A stretch of DNA of 64,000 nucleotides from Candidatus Doudnabacteria bacterium (GCA_963837465.1 CAWINB010000004.1:74853-138852), one strand, 5' to 3'; shown: positions 1 to 10,371, counted from the stretch's first letter. The notes: a model not told the origin generated them from the sequence alone. Translations and numbers: made by a program.

Positions 1-2073
1 GGGCACGCTTTGTTTGTGACCATTGAGGACATCCTGATTAGATATAAAAGGATGCGGGGATACAAGGCCCTTTGGCAGCCGGGAACCGACCACGCCGGCT
101 TTGAAACCCAGGTGGTATTTGAAAAAAAACTGGAAAAAGAAGGCCGGTCGCGCTTTAAAATGCGGCGCGAAGAATTCTACAAAGAAATTTGGGATTTTGT
201 GCAAAGCAACAAGCACATAACGGAAAATGGTTTAAAAAGACTGGGCGCGTCGTGCGACTGGGACAGGAATATTTTTACACTGGATCCGGAAATTGTAAAA
301 ATCGTCTACGCGACATTTAAAAAAATGTACGCTGATGGCCTAGTCTACCGTGGCGACCGCATTGGCAACTGGTGCTTTAAACACCAAACCGCGCTGTCGG
401 ATTTGGAAACCAAATACGAAGAGCGCGTTGAGCCGTTTTATTATTTTAAATACGGCCCGTTCACTATTGGCACCAGCCGTCCGGAAACAAAATTCGGCGA
501 CAAGTACGTGATTATAAATCCAAACGACAAACGCTACCAACAATACAAAAATGGCGACACCTTTGAAGCTGAATGGATTAGCGGCCCCATTAAAGCCACC
601 ATTATAAAAGACGAGGCCGTGGATATGGAATTCGGCAGCGGCGTAATGACTATAACTCCTTGGCATGACCAGGTAGATTTTGACTTGGCGCAAAAGCACA
701 AACTGGACAAAGAGCGGATTATAGACAAGTTTGGAAAATTGCTTCCGGTTGCCGGAGAATTCGCCGGGATGAAAACCGCGATCGCGCGTCCTTTGATTGT
801 GGAAAAATTAAAAAATAAAGGCTTGCTGGAAAAAATTGACGAAAATTACAAGCATAACGTGCAAGTATGCTACAAGTGCGGCACAATAATCGAACCCCAG
901 ATAATTCCACAATGGTTTGTCGCAATGACAAAGACATTACCTGATGAACGCCCTTCCTTGCGTGATATGGCCGTTAATGCCGTCCAGAACAAAGAAGTGG
1001 AGATTGTCACGGAAAAATTTGAAAAAATCTTTACGCACTGGATGGAAAACCTGCGCGACTGGCCCATCTCCAGACAAATCTGGTGGGGAATCCCGATTCC
1101 GGTAAAATACTGTAAAAACAGTTACGAGTTGCGGGTAACTGGTAATGAATGCAAAGAGCCGGTAATTGACATAGAAAATAAAACTGATACCTGCCCCGGT
1201 TGTCGGGGAGCGCTGGTAAATGACCCCGATACCTTTGATACCTGGTTTTCCAGCGGCCAATGGCCATACGCGACTTTAATGGCTAATGATGTTAAACGCG
1301 GAACAAAAGATTTTGAAACTTATTTCCCGACGCAGGTTATGGAAACCGGCTGGGATATTTTATTCTTTTGGGTGGCGCGGATGATGATGCTGTCTTATTA
1401 TAAAACCGGCAAACAGCCGTTTGAAAAAGTTTACTTGCATGGGTTAGTGAGGGCCGGCGACAGGCAAAAAATGAGCAAGAGCAAAGGAAATGTTGTGGGT
1501 ATTTTGGAAGCCACCGATGAATTCGGCGCTGATGCAATTCGCATGGCTGTAATTTTTTCTTCCGCAGCCGGCAATGACATCCCATTGGCAATGGAAAAAA
1601 TTAAAGGAATGAAGCACTTTGCCAATAAGGTCTGGAATATCGCGAGATTTATTTTGAGCAACACTGTCATTGCCAACACTGTCATTGCGAGGAGCGCGGC
1701 CGACGAAGCAATCTTACCACAGGAAAAGATCGCTTCGGACGCACTCGCGATGACAGCCGCGGACAAAAATATTTTAGCTAAATTAGATGCTGTCATAAAA
1801 TCATCTACCGAACATCTCGAAAACTTCCGCCTCCACGAAGCCGCGCAGGAAATTTACCAGTTTATCTGGCATGAATTCGCGGACATTTACATTGAGGCCA
1901 GCAAAAAACAACTGGCCGATGGACAGTTAAAAGAAAGTACTTACAACTTACTAACTTACAACTTACTAACTGTCCTAAAACTTCTCCACCCTTTTATGCC
2001 CTTTGTGACCGAGGAAATTTGGAGCAAACTTAACCAAAAAAGTTTACTGATGGTAACCAAGTGGCCTCTCTAG
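1..2073 (+). CDS. valS: valyl-tRNA synthetase, 5'-partial (continues upstream of the window; track ORF begins at an in-frame TTG at 10)
   Basis: Class I aaRS motifs: 'WQPGTDHAGFETQ' (ValRS-like), 'SRPET', 'KMSKS'. Reading frame is open to the window edge. Confidence 0.8.
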   Translation, partial: GHALFVTIEDILIRYKRMRGYKALWQPGTDHAGFETQVVFEKKLEKEGRSRFKMRREEFYKEIWDFVQSNKHITENGLKRLGASCDWDRNIFTLDPEIVKIVYATFKKMYADGLVYRGDRIGNWCFKHQTALSDLETKYEERVEPFYYFKYGPFTIGTSRPETKFGDKYVIINPNDKRYQQYKNGDTFEAEWISGPIKATIIKDEAVDMEFGSGVMTITPWHDQVDFDLAQKHKLDKERIIDKFGKLLPVAGEFAGMKTAIARPLIVEKLKNKGLLEKIDENYKHNVQVCYKCGTIIEPQIIPQWFVAMTKTLPDERPSLRDMAVNAVQNKEVEIVTEKFEKIFTHWMENLRDWPISRQIWWGIPIPVKYCKNSYELRVTGNECKEPVIDIENKTDTCPGCRGALVNDPDTFDTWFSSGQWPYATLMANDVKRGTKDFETYFPTQVMETGWDILFFWVARMMMLSYYKTGKQPFEKVYLHGLVRAGDRQKMSKSKGNVVGILEATDEFGADAIRMAVIFSSAAGNDIPLAMEKIKGMKHFANKVWNIARFILSNTVIANTVIARSAADEAILPQEKIASDALAMTAADKNILAKLDAVIKSSTEHLENFRLHEAAQEIYQFIWHEFADIYIEASKKQLADGQLKESTYNLLTYNLLTVLKLLHPFMPFVTEEIWSKLNQKSLLMVTKWPL
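1681..1713 (+). repeat. copy (a) of the palindromic element family GTCATTGC-GAGGAGCGCGGCCGACGAA-GCAATC, in frame inside valS (encodes VIARSAADEAI); immediately preceded by a 15-nt tandem duplication (1659-1688)
   Basis: Near-identical to the intergenic copy at 25644-25670; stem arms ATTGC/GCAAT. Confidence 0.7.
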
Positions 2074-2105
2074 CAACTAAAAACTAAAAACTAATTACTA
2101 AGCTT

Positions 2106-2507
2106 ATGTTCAAAGGATTCAGGCAGTTTATTTTGCGGGGTAATGCCATAGATTTGGCCGTGGGTGTGGTTATGGGCGCGGCTTTTGGCAGTGTGGTTAA
2201 TTCTTTGGTTAAAGATTTGCTGACGCCGCTTATTGGCATACCCGGAAGAATATCCAATTTTTCCTCACTGACGCTGACCATAAACCACAGCCAGTTCGCT
2301 TTTGGCGACTTCTTAAATAATCTGATTTCATTTTTGCTTACGGCCATAGCCGTCTACTTTTTCGTGGTCCTGCCAATGAATACCGTGGTCAACAGGATGC
2401 GCGGAGGCGAAGTTTCGAAACCCAACACAAAAATCTGCCCGCAGTGCTGCAGCGAAATTCCCAAATCCGCTACCCGCTGCGCCCACTGCACCCAGCCGGT
2501 GGAATAG
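2106..2507 (+). CDS. mscL: large-conductance mechanosensitive channel MscL with C-terminal zinc-ribbon-like tail
   Basis: N-terminus 'FKGFRQFILRGNAIDLAVGVVMGAAFG' is typical of MscL. C-terminal C-x2-C...C-x2-C (CPQCC...CAHC). Confidence 0.8.
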   Translation: MFKGFRQFILRGNAIDLAVGVVMGAAFGSVVNSLVKDLLTPLIGIPGRISNFSSLTLTINHSQFAFGDFLNNLISFLLTAIAVYFFVVLPMNTVVNRMRGGEVSKPNTKICPQCCSEIPKSATRCAHCTQPVE

Positions 2508-2587
2508 CTACAAAGGGCAACCCTTGCGCGGGCCATCTGTCATTCGTTTTTACATCCGTGTCTTCCGTGTAAAATTGTCCCAAATTC

Positions 2588-3788
2588 CTATTCCCTCTCC
2601 TTATAAGCTTCAACTCCTTTGGCCAAAACATCCATAGCCTGTTTTAAGTCGCCTGTATTAAGCACGTAGGCAATCCTGATTTCCTGGGTGCCTTTGCCGG
2701 GGGTGATATAAAAATCTTTCATCGGAGTAACCATAACGGTTTTCCCCTGATGCGAAAACTCCCCTATCATAAATTTAACAAACTCTTCGCTGTCGTTAAT
2801 CGGCAGTTTCACCGCCTGGTAAAACGCGCCCTGGGCCGGCTTAAACACCGCGCCTTTTATTTTGGCCAGGCCGTCCGCCACTACCCTTTGCCTTTTTTTG
2901 TATTCCTGCACGACTTTGTTAACGTAAGGGGCGCTGTTTTCCAAAAGCGGCACCAAACCCAGCTGCTCCAAAGTCCCGGCGGAAAGCCGGGCCTGGGCGA
3001 ACTTTAATATGGCGGACATAACATCGGCGTTAAAACTGGACACGCAGCCAATCCTGGCACCGGGCATGGAAAAACGCTTTGACACGCTGTCGGTTAAAAT
3101 TACCTGCTGCCTGATTGTTTTGTCGCTAAGCAGGCAGTAAGGCTTGCCGGCAAAACGGATTTCGCGGTAAGTTTCATCGGAAATAATAAACAGGCTATAT
3201 TTTTTGGCGATGTCGGCTAAAACTTTCAGCTCCCCCGCGCTCCATAATTTTCCGGTCGGGTTGTCCGGGTTTATTATGACAATGGCTTTGGTGCGGGAGG
3301 TGATTTTTTTCTCTATCTCGGCGGCCGGCGGCAAAGCGAAGTTTTTTTCTATGGGCAGCGTCACGGGTACCAGCTTGATGCCGGCCATTACGGAAAAAGA
3401 TTTGTAGCTGGTATAAAGCGGTTCAAAAACAATAATTTCGTCGCCAAAATCCGCCACTGCCAAAAGCGCCAGCATGATAGCCTCGGCGCAACCCACCGTG
3501 GGCAGCATTCTGGTTTAATTCCAGGCTGATGCCAAATTGCTTGTAGTACTTTTGCCAGGCCGCCATATGAGCCTTTATTCCCGGGCTTGGCGCGTAACCC
3601 AAAGTCTTTTCGTCGTATTTTTTTATGACCCGCATAAACTCCGGCGGCGGAGCCAAATCCGGATCGCCCACATTTAACCTAAAAACCTTCACCCCCCTGC
3701 CTTCCGCCGCCTGCATCAACGGCAAAAACTTGCGTATTGGCGAAGCAATAACATTTTGTCCGCGCTTGGAAACTTGTAACTTATCCAT
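2588..3788 (-). pseudogene. class I/II (aspartate-like) aminotransferase interrupted by a single frameshift near 3500-3530
   Basis: Track ORFs 3423..3788 (N-terminal part) and 2588..3508 (C-terminal part) overlap in different frames. Both match the aminotransferase fold (PLP-enzyme-like 'IINPDNPTG', 'SKRFSMPGARIG'). Confidence 0.6.
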
Positions 3789-3881
3789 GATTAGTAAATT
3801 TTAATACTTTTAAGAAAGATTGTTCTTTATCTTTTTTTATTACGTGTTCCCAAATTCTAATTACTTTCCAACCCTTATTAT

Positions 3882-4244
3882 TTAAATAAGCGGTAATTTC
3901 ATGGTCTCTCTTTTATTATTTTCAATCTTTAATCTCCAAAAATCGTCTTTTAATAAATGCTTCCACCTTGGGTACTGCCAACCGTGCCAAAAATCACTGT
4001 CTAAAAAAACACAAATTCTCTTTTTTCTAAATACTATATCTGGTTTCCCTCTGATTGAAGCGGTATTAATTTCGAATTTATTTTTTGTTCTGATTTTTAA
4101 TTCCGCGATAAAATCTTGTTCAAATTTAGTTTCTCTAGAACGTATTTTGGACATTAAATTTGAACGGCGCTTTTTACTTAGCTTATCAGGCGTTCTGATT
4201 TTTTTAAAATTTCTGCCCGAATAATTTTTATAAACTTTTTTCAT
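3882..4244 (-). CDS. vsr: very short patch repair endonuclease Vsr
   Basis: 'RSRETKFE...GKPDIVF...ICVFLDSDFWHG' matches the Vsr signature (RSRNMSRI...GKPD...CFWHgH). Adjacent to a C5 methyltransferase. Confidence 0.75.
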   Translation of the reverse strand: MKKVYKNYSGRNFKKIRTPDKLSKKRRSNLMSKIRSRETKFEQDFIAELKIRTKNKFEINTASIRGKPDIVFRKKRICVFLDSDFWHGWQYPRWKHLLKDDFWRLKIENNKRETMKLPLI

Positions 4245-5287
4245 TCTAAACCAGATTCAAAAATTTCAGAGGCCTTACAGTTTTCCAAATCAGAATCGGA
4301 ACTTTTATTCAGTAAACTTTTCCAAGCTTCAATCCTGTCATTACCTATATTTTTCAATTTCCAATACTCTAATAATTTGTCTTGGGGTATTAAATCAATC
4401 GTCCTGGTTACTAATTTTGCTTTTTCGAAAAGAAGAGCGAATATCTGAGGAACCATAATTTTTTTACCACTAACTTTTAATCCAACCTGTCCGCCGGCTG
4501 TAAAAAAATCCCTCAAATTATGAGTTATGGCATTATAGTCATTAAGCAAAAAGGCTGCGACTCTTTCAAACTTTGTTTTGTTATTGTTGCCAAAAATCTC
4601 TGGGAAAAAAATCATGGATTTAATAATAAAATCCGACTCCTCTTTTTCGTCAAATTTATTTAAAAACCGTACGATCGGCTGATCGTTTTTTGCCATACCT
4701 GGATCTATCCACCATAATTCTTCTCCCGGCTTTAACAATGACCTATAGTGTTCTTTGAATTTTAAAATTGGCTTTGGGTCTTTTCGCAGTGAGTCATAAT
4801 CTAAGTTTAATTTATTAAAGATAGACTGTCCTAAAGGGAGTTCCATGTCAATTTTGTAACGCGGTGAATGGGTCACGGCAACTTCATAGAGACAATCTTG
4901 ATACGGTCTGTATATAATATTAGGAGAGCCTCCCAGTTTTCCAAAAAACATATATATTCGTTCTGTCTCTTCCACCCGAGTCCCCTCCGCGACGCTGTTG
5001 CCCGTGGAAATCCATTTATCTTCGGCGGTAACTTTAACTTCTATGCCATAATATTGATTGGCTATTATGTCAGGAAAGGTCTGCTTACCTGTTTGTCTTA
5101 TAGTGCCATAAAACTTTGTACCCTTTGACGCCAAACACATCTTCGCGAAAACTATATTTTCAAAAGACACCCCATCCATTTTTATGCTGGGCGTCTTTTT
5201 TATTTCTTCCAAACACAAAATCTTAGTTTTTTCCAACAAGTTCCTGAACTCTTCTTCCGTGATTTTTTGACTCTGAATGTAAACCAT
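4241..5287 (-). CDS. putative type II restriction endonuclease (PD-ExK) of the MTase-REase-Vsr operon
   Basis: Lies between the C5-MTase and vsr; 'FPDIIANQYYGIEVKV' is a D...ExK motif. Its start is overlapped by the last 65 nt of the MTase. Confidence 0.45.
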   Translation of the reverse strand: MVYIQSQKITEEEFRNLLEKTKILCLEEIKKTPSIKMDGVSFENIVFAKMCLASKGTKFYGTIRQTGKQTFPDIIANQYYGIEVKVTAEDKWISTGNSVAEGTRVEETERIYMFFGKLGGSPNIIYRPYQDCLYEVAVTHSPRYKIDMELPLGQSIFNKLNLDYDSLRKDPKPILKFKEHYRSLLKPGEELWWIDPGMAKNDQPIVRFLNKFDEKEESDFIIKSMIFFPEIFGNNNKTKFERVAAFLLNDYNAITHNLRDFFTAGGQVGLKVSGKKIMVPQIFALLFEKAKLVTRTIDLIPQDKLLEYWKLKNIGNDRIEAWKSLLNKSSDSDLENCKASEIFESGLE

Positions 5288-6263
5288 TAAGTTTGGAATT
5301 AAGATTCCTATCTAAAAATTCCTCAATACTTTTCGCTATATGCCAAGCCAAAACCGGAGGCACAGCGTTACCTATTTGTTTATACGCGCTAGATGTTGAA
5401 GGTAAAAATTCAAAATCATCCGGGAAAGATTGAATACGCGCCGCTTCTCGAGCGGAAAGCCTTCTTTTTCCATTCCAATGGTATTCAATATTGCCATGGT
5501 GCTCTGTTCTCATTGTTGGACCAGGTTTATTAGCGGAAACCAAGTTATTACCCTGACCTTTATTCTTTTTAGCTTTGGACCAATAATGATTTAGTAAAGC
5601 TCCTTCCTCTTTTTTCTCCAAATCCCCAATCGCTTCTTTTAAAGTAACCCAGTTATTTTTATTCAATAAAGGTTTTGGGTGATCAAAAGGAGGTAGCGCG
5701 TCTTTACGAGTTCCTACTATAATAACCCTTTCTCTCTTTTGAGGAACTCCATAATCGGCTGCTAGTAAAAGCTTATAACGGACATGGTAACCCAAAACTT
5801 CAAAATCTTTTACTATAGTTTCTATAGCGTTATCCATTGTTAGCAAACCTTTAACATTTTCAGCTATAAAAACTAGTGGAGTTGTTCTCTTTACTACTTC
5901 TACCATGCTGCGATACAAAACCCCTCTTTTACCTTCAAAGCCCATTCTTTTACCAGCGTGGCTAAAATCTTGACAAGGAAAACCTCCAAGCACAACATCA
6001 ACATGCTGAGGCAGCGATCTATCAAAAATAGTTCCGGAATGCTTGTTGGCTAAAATTTCGGTGATATTGCCGCAAATAATTTCGTGCTTAAAATATTTTC
6101 TAAAACTTTCACAAGCTGATTCGTCTATATCATTAGCCCATTTTACCTCAAAATTTCTTTTGGAGTACTTTTTACCTAAAAACGTAAAACCCCCAGTGAA
6201 GCCTAAATCTAATCCTCCACAACCTGTAAAGAGCGAAGCTATAGAATATTTTTGTTTTTGCAT
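5223..6263 (-). CDS. dcm: DNA cytosine-5 methyltransferase
   Basis: Motif I 'FTGCGGLDLGF', motif IV 'GFPCQDFSHAGKR', motif VI 'ENV'. Confidence 0.85.
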   Translation of the reverse strand: MQKQKYSIASLFTGCGGLDLGFTGGFTFLGKKYSKRNFEVKWANDIDESACESFRKYFKHEIICGNITEILANKHSGTIFDRSLPQHVDVVLGGFPCQDFSHAGKRMGFEGKRGVLYRSMVEVVKRTTPLVFIAENVKGLLTMDNAIETIVKDFEVLGYHVRYKLLLAADYGVPQKRERVIIVGTRKDALPPFDHPKPLLNKNNWVTLKEAIGDLEKKEEGALLNHYWSKAKKNKGQGNNLVSANKPGPTMRTEHHGNIEYHWNGKRRLSAREAARIQSFPDDFEFLPSTSSAYKQIGNAVPPVLAWHIAKSIEEFLDRNLNSKLNGLHSESKNHGRRVQELVGKN

Positions 6264-6295
6264 AAATTTATTATATTAGTTTTTACTGCATTTTA

Positions 6296-6324
6296 ATAGT
6301 ATACTTTCGTTCACCAATAGTCAA
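6296..6324 (-). promoter_or_regulatory. promoter-operator module copy 1: TTGACT-attg-GTGAAC-gaaa-GTATAC-TAT (gene strand), 17-nt spacer with -10 TACTAT, about 35 nt upstream of the dcm ATG
   Basis: Same 29-bp architecture as the copies at 47664-47692, 54222-54250 and 60853-60881. Confidence 0.6.
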
Positions 6325-6383
6325 CTAATCATAAATGGCTTGAATTGAAGACTTTTTGATTATTTATCCACAGAAATAAAACT

Positions 6384-6415
6384 AAAATCCCATCCTTTTG
6401 AGAGGATGGGATTTT
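6384..6415. terminator. bidirectional intrinsic terminator (AAAATCCCATCC-ttttgaga-GGATGGGATTTT) after the rpoC stop
   Basis: Perfect 12-bp stem flanked by an A-run and a T-run. Confidence 0.7.
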
Positions 6416-6424
6416 AAGAATTTT

Positions 6425-9400
6425 CTATTCCATTACTTCGACGACTGCTTCCATGGCCGAGCCTTCTATTTGCAGGTTTTGGCGGGCAATTTCGTCGGTG
6501 TAACCGGTACCGGCGGGAATGAGTTTGCCGATGATGACATTTTCTTTTAAGCCACGCAAATAATCTGTTTTTCCCGTAACAGCCGCTTCAATAAGCACGC
6601 GGGTGGTTTCCTGAAAACTGGCCGCGGCCAAAAACGAATCGGTGTTTAAGGAGACTTTGGTAATACCCATCAGCAGCTGCTCCGTGGTAGCGGGACGTTT
6701 GCCGGCGGAAACCAACTGTTCGTTAATGGCGCCGAGCTTGGCTTTGTCCACCACTTCGCCGGAAACAAATTCGCTGTCGCCGGAATCATTAATGCGGATT
6801 TTGGAAAACATTTGTTTTACAATAACTTCAATATGTTTGTCGTGGATGTTCTGACCCTGGGAAACGTAGATATCCTGGACTTCCTTGACCACGTATTTCT
6901 GCGCGGCTTCCAAACCCTTAAGTTCCATAATCTGCCCGGGGTTTAAATTGCCTTCTGTCAGCTGCTGGCCTTTGGTCACCAAGTCGCGGTCCTTAACCAG
7001 TAAAGACAAAGCCGCGGGAATGATATATTCCTTGACCTGGTCGCTTTCGTGCACCACGGTGATTTTGCTTTTGTCGGTGCCAAATCCGGATAAGACAACC
7101 AGGCCAGTTGTTTTAGCCTTAATCTGCTTGCCGCTTTCATCCACATACAAAACTTCCCCGGCTTCCACGCGGCTGCCATCTTTAATGGATGACTGCGCGT
7201 TGCCAAGTTCGTAGACATCCGTTTCCACATCCGCGCCCTGGATCCTGACCACCTGTTCTTTGTTGTTGGGCTTGCTGATGTAAACCTGTCCGTCTATTTC
7301 CGAAACCGTGGCCTGACCTTTGGGCTCTCTGGCTTCAAATAATTCTTCCACGCGGGGCAACCCCTGGGTAATATCTTTTACCGAGGCCGAACCTCCGGTG
7401 TGGAAAGTTCTCATAGTCAGCTGGGTACCCGGTTCGCCAATGGATTGAGCGGCCACAATACCTACGGCGGCGCCCATTTTTACCATATCGTTAAAACCTA
7501 AATCGTAACCATAGCACATGCGGCAAACGCCGCGGGGCAGCTTGCATTTGAGCACGCTGCGGCACTTAACTTCCTGCGAACCGGTATCGGCAATGGCCTT
7601 GGCCTGCAAATCATCAATCCCGTGGTTCTTTTCCACAATAACCTGTCCGTCTTTATCTTTCACTTCCTCGGCGGCAACTCTGCCGAACAAGCGGCGGTCA
7701 AACAGTTTGTTCATGCGCTGGCTTTCTTCCTGGGTGATTAGATCGTACTCTTCGGTGCCGCAATCCTCGGAGTTAACCACAATGTCCTGGGCCACGTCCA
7801 CCAACCGGCGGGTCAAATAACCGGCATCGGCGGTACGCATAGCGGTATCGGACATACCTTTTCTGGATCCGTGAGTGGAAATAAAATATTCCAAAACGCC
7901 CAGGCCTTCCTTAAAGCTGCCTTTAACCGGCAGTTCAATAACGTCGCCGGCCGGGTTAACCACCAGTCCTTTCATTCCGGACATCTGGGTGATTTGCGAA
8001 AACGAGCCTCTGGCGCCGCTGGACACAAAATAGTTAACCGAGCCGTATTCGGTAACGGTGCCGACAACCGACTTGGCGATGTTTTCCGAAACATCGGCCC
8101 AAATTTCCACCACGCGGTTTTTGCGCTCTTCTTCGGTAAGCAGTCCTTCGCGGTATTGCTGGTAAGTACCTTCAACTTCGGTGTCGGCTATTTTTAGCAT
8201 TTCATATTTGCCTTCAGGCACCAGCAAATCATCCATACCCCAGGACAGCCCGGATTTTTTCATATAGTAAAAACCGGTGCGCTTGATTTCGTCAATCAGT
8301 TCCGCGGTTTTTTCATTGCCGAGCAAACGGTGCGCCTCGCGGACCAGGGCTTGGAGTTTCTTCTTGTCAAAGTTATCGTTCCTAAAGCCAAATTCCCTGG
8401 GCACGACTTTATTAAAGATAAGCCGCCCAACGGAAGTTTCCGTAAGTTCTCCGTTCTCGCCGTTGTCCAAAGGCAACCTGACTTTAATGGCAGCCTGAAT
8501 ATGCGCGTAGCCGTTGTTGTAAGCCAAAATAGCTTCGGTGGGGTTGGCAAAGACCTTGCCTTCGCCTTTCATACCGGGATGGATGCGGGTAATGTAATAA
8601 CAGCCCACCACCACGTCTTTGTCCGGAGTCATAACCGGATCGCCGCTGGCAGGCTTAAGCAGGTTGTGGGCCGAGGCCATAATTTCCCGCGCTTCTTTTT
8701 GGGCCGCTTCGGTTAACGGCACGTGCACGGCCATTTGGTCGCCGTCAAAATCCGCGTTAAACGCGGCACAGACCATCGGATGCAACTGAATGGCCTTGCC
8801 TTCTATTAATACCGGCTGGAAAGCCTGGAAACCCAAACGGTGCAGGGTCGGGGCGCGGTTAAGCAGTACGTAGTGTCCGCGGGTAACCTCTTCCAAAATA
8901 TCATAAACTTCTGTCCTGCCCTGTTCTATTAAACGATTGGCGGAGCGGACATTATGGGCGAATTCGCGGCCGATTAGTTTGCTGATAACAAAAGGCTTGA
9001 ACAATTCCAAAGCCATCATTTTGGGCAAACCGCACTGGTGCAATTTTAAGTGCGGGCCCACAACAATAACGCTGCGTCCGCTGTAGTCCACGCGTTTACC
9101 CAAAAGGTTTTGGCGGAACCGTCCCTGTTTGCCTTTAAGCATGTCGGCAAGCGACCTTAACTTGCGTTTCTGTCCGGTGGAGGCAGTTACCTCTTTGCCG
9201 TGGCGGATGCTGTTGTCTATTAAAGCGTCCACCGCTTCCTGCAGCATACGTTTTTCGTTTTTGGTAATAACTTCCGGCGCCTTAATTTCCAGCAATTTTT
9301 TTAAGCGGTTATTGCGGTTAATAACGCGGCGGTACAAATCGTTTAAGTCGGACGCGGCAAAACGGCCGCCATCCAACTGGACCATGGGCCGCAAATCCGG

Positions 9401-10345
9401 AGGAATAACCGGCAAAGCCGAAATCAGCATCCATTCGGGGCGCAGTCCGGCGTGGACCAGGGATTTTATTAATTTTAAACGCTTTAAAACCTTGCGCTGG
9501 GCCTGGCCTTCCAGGTTGGGCAGCTGGGTTTGCAAATCCGCCAGCAACTGTTCCAGGTTAACTTCTTCTAAAAGACCCTTGATCCCCTCGGCGCCAATAC
9601 CGGCCGAAAAAACCGGGCCGTACTTTAAGCTTAAGTCGCGGTATTGCAGTTCGCTGATGATTTGATGCTTTTTGATGGATTTAAGTTCGCTCCTGGCCTG
9701 ATCCCGTATGCTTTCCAAACCTTCCAGCTCCTTGCTCCAGGCATCCTTGAGTCTTGTAACTTCCGCGTCAGTTTCCGCTCCGGCCAAATCTTTATCTTTA
9801 TTGGATGGCTTCTGCTGGGTCTTGGTTTTGGCAATCAGGGCTTCGTACTTGTCTTCTATTTCCTTTTTCTTGCCCTTAAACTCCCGTTCAATCTGCTCCA
9901 CAGTCTGCATTCTGGCTTCTTCGTCCACATTGGTAATAATGTGGGCGGCAAAGTAGACGACTTTTTCCAAATCCATAACGCCCAAATCCAAAATCAAACC
10001 CAAACGAGAGGGTACGCCGCGCAAAAACCAAATGTGGGCCACGGGCACGGCCAGTTTAATATGGCCCATGCGCTCGCGGCGGACAGAGGACTTGGTAACT
10101 TCCACGCCGCACTTGTCGCATACAATGCCTTTGTAGCGAATGCGCTTATACTTGCCGCAATAACATTCCCAGTCTTTGATAGGACCGAAAATCTTTTCGT
10201 CAAAAAGCCCGTCCTTTTCCGGACGCTGGGTTCTATAATTAATAGTTTCCGGCTTGGTAACCTCTCCGTGCGACCATTGCAAAATGGTATCCGGGGAAGC
10301 CAGTTTCAGCCTTACACCTTTAAAATCTTCGGTTTGGGTGAACAT
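6425..10345 (-). CDS. rpoC: DNA-directed RNA polymerase subunit beta'
   Basis: 1306 aa; 'NADFDGDQMAVH' catalytic motif; typical N-terminus. Confidence 0.95.
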   Translation of the reverse strand: MFTQTEDFKGVRLKLASPDTILQWSHGEVTKPETINYRTQRPEKDGLFDEKIFGPIKDWECYCGKYKRIRYKGIVCDKCGVEVTKSSVRRERMGHIKLAVPVAHIWFLRGVPSRLGLILDLGVMDLEKVVYFAAHIITNVDEEARMQTVEQIEREFKGKKKEIEDKYEALIAKTKTQQKPSNKDKDLAGAETDAEVTRLKDAWSKELEGLESIRDQARSELKSIKKHQIISELQYRDLSLKYGPVFSAGIGAEGIKGLLEEVNLEQLLADLQTQLPNLEGQAQRKVLKRLKLIKSLVHAGLRPEWMLISALPVIPPDLRPMVQLDGGRFAASDLNDLYRRVINRNNRLKKLLEIKAPEVITKNEKRMLQEAVDALIDNSIRHGKEVTASTGQKRKLRSLADMLKGKQGRFRQNLLGKRVDYSGRSVIVVGPHLKLHQCGLPKMMALELFKPFVISKLIGREFAHNVRSANRLIEQGRTEVYDILEEVTRGHYVLLNRAPTLHRLGFQAFQPVLIEGKAIQLHPMVCAAFNADFDGDQMAVHVPLTEAAQKEAREIMASAHNLLKPASGDPVMTPDKDVVVGCYYITRIHPGMKGEGKVFANPTEAILAYNNGYAHIQAAIKVRLPLDNGENGELTETSVGRLIFNKVVPREFGFRNDNFDKKKLQALVREAHRLLGNEKTAELIDEIKRTGFYYMKKSGLSWGMDDLLVPEGKYEMLKIADTEVEGTYQQYREGLLTEEERKNRVVEIWADVSENIAKSVVGTVTEYGSVNYFVSSGARGSFSQITQMSGMKGLVVNPAGDVIELPVKGSFKEGLGVLEYFISTHGSRKGMSDTAMRTADAGYLTRRLVDVAQDIVVNSEDCGTEEYDLITQEESQRMNKLFDRRLFGRVAAEEVKDKDGQVIVEKNHGIDDLQAKAIADTGSQEVKCRSVLKCKLPRGVCRMCYGYDLGFNDMVKMGAAVGIVAAQSIGEPGTQLTMRTFHTGGSASVKDITQGLPRVEELFEAREPKGQATVSEIDGQVYISKPNNKEQVVRIQGADVETDVYELGNAQSSIKDGSRVEAGEVLYVDESGKQIKAKTTGLVVLSGFGTDKSKITVVHESDQVKEYIIPAALSLLVKDRDLVTKGQQLTEGNLNPGQIMELKGLEAAQKYVVKEVQDIYVSQGQNIHDKHIEVIVKQMFSKIRINDSGDSEFVSGEVVDKAKLGAINEQLVSAGKRPATTEQLLMGITKVSLNTDSFLAAASFQETTRVLIEAAVTGKTDYLRGLKENVIIGKLIPAGTGYTDEIARQNLQIEGSAMEAVVEVME

Positions 10346-10371
10346 ATGGGAAAGTGATTAGTTGATAGTGT

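Noticed and set aside
7518-10357. Numerous 60-240-aa ORFs on the plus strand inside rpoC and rpoB (e.g. 9644..10357, 8330..8716, 12315..12845)
   Set aside because: They are antisense to highly conserved RNAP genes, have no start context and no homology. Typical shadow ORFs.
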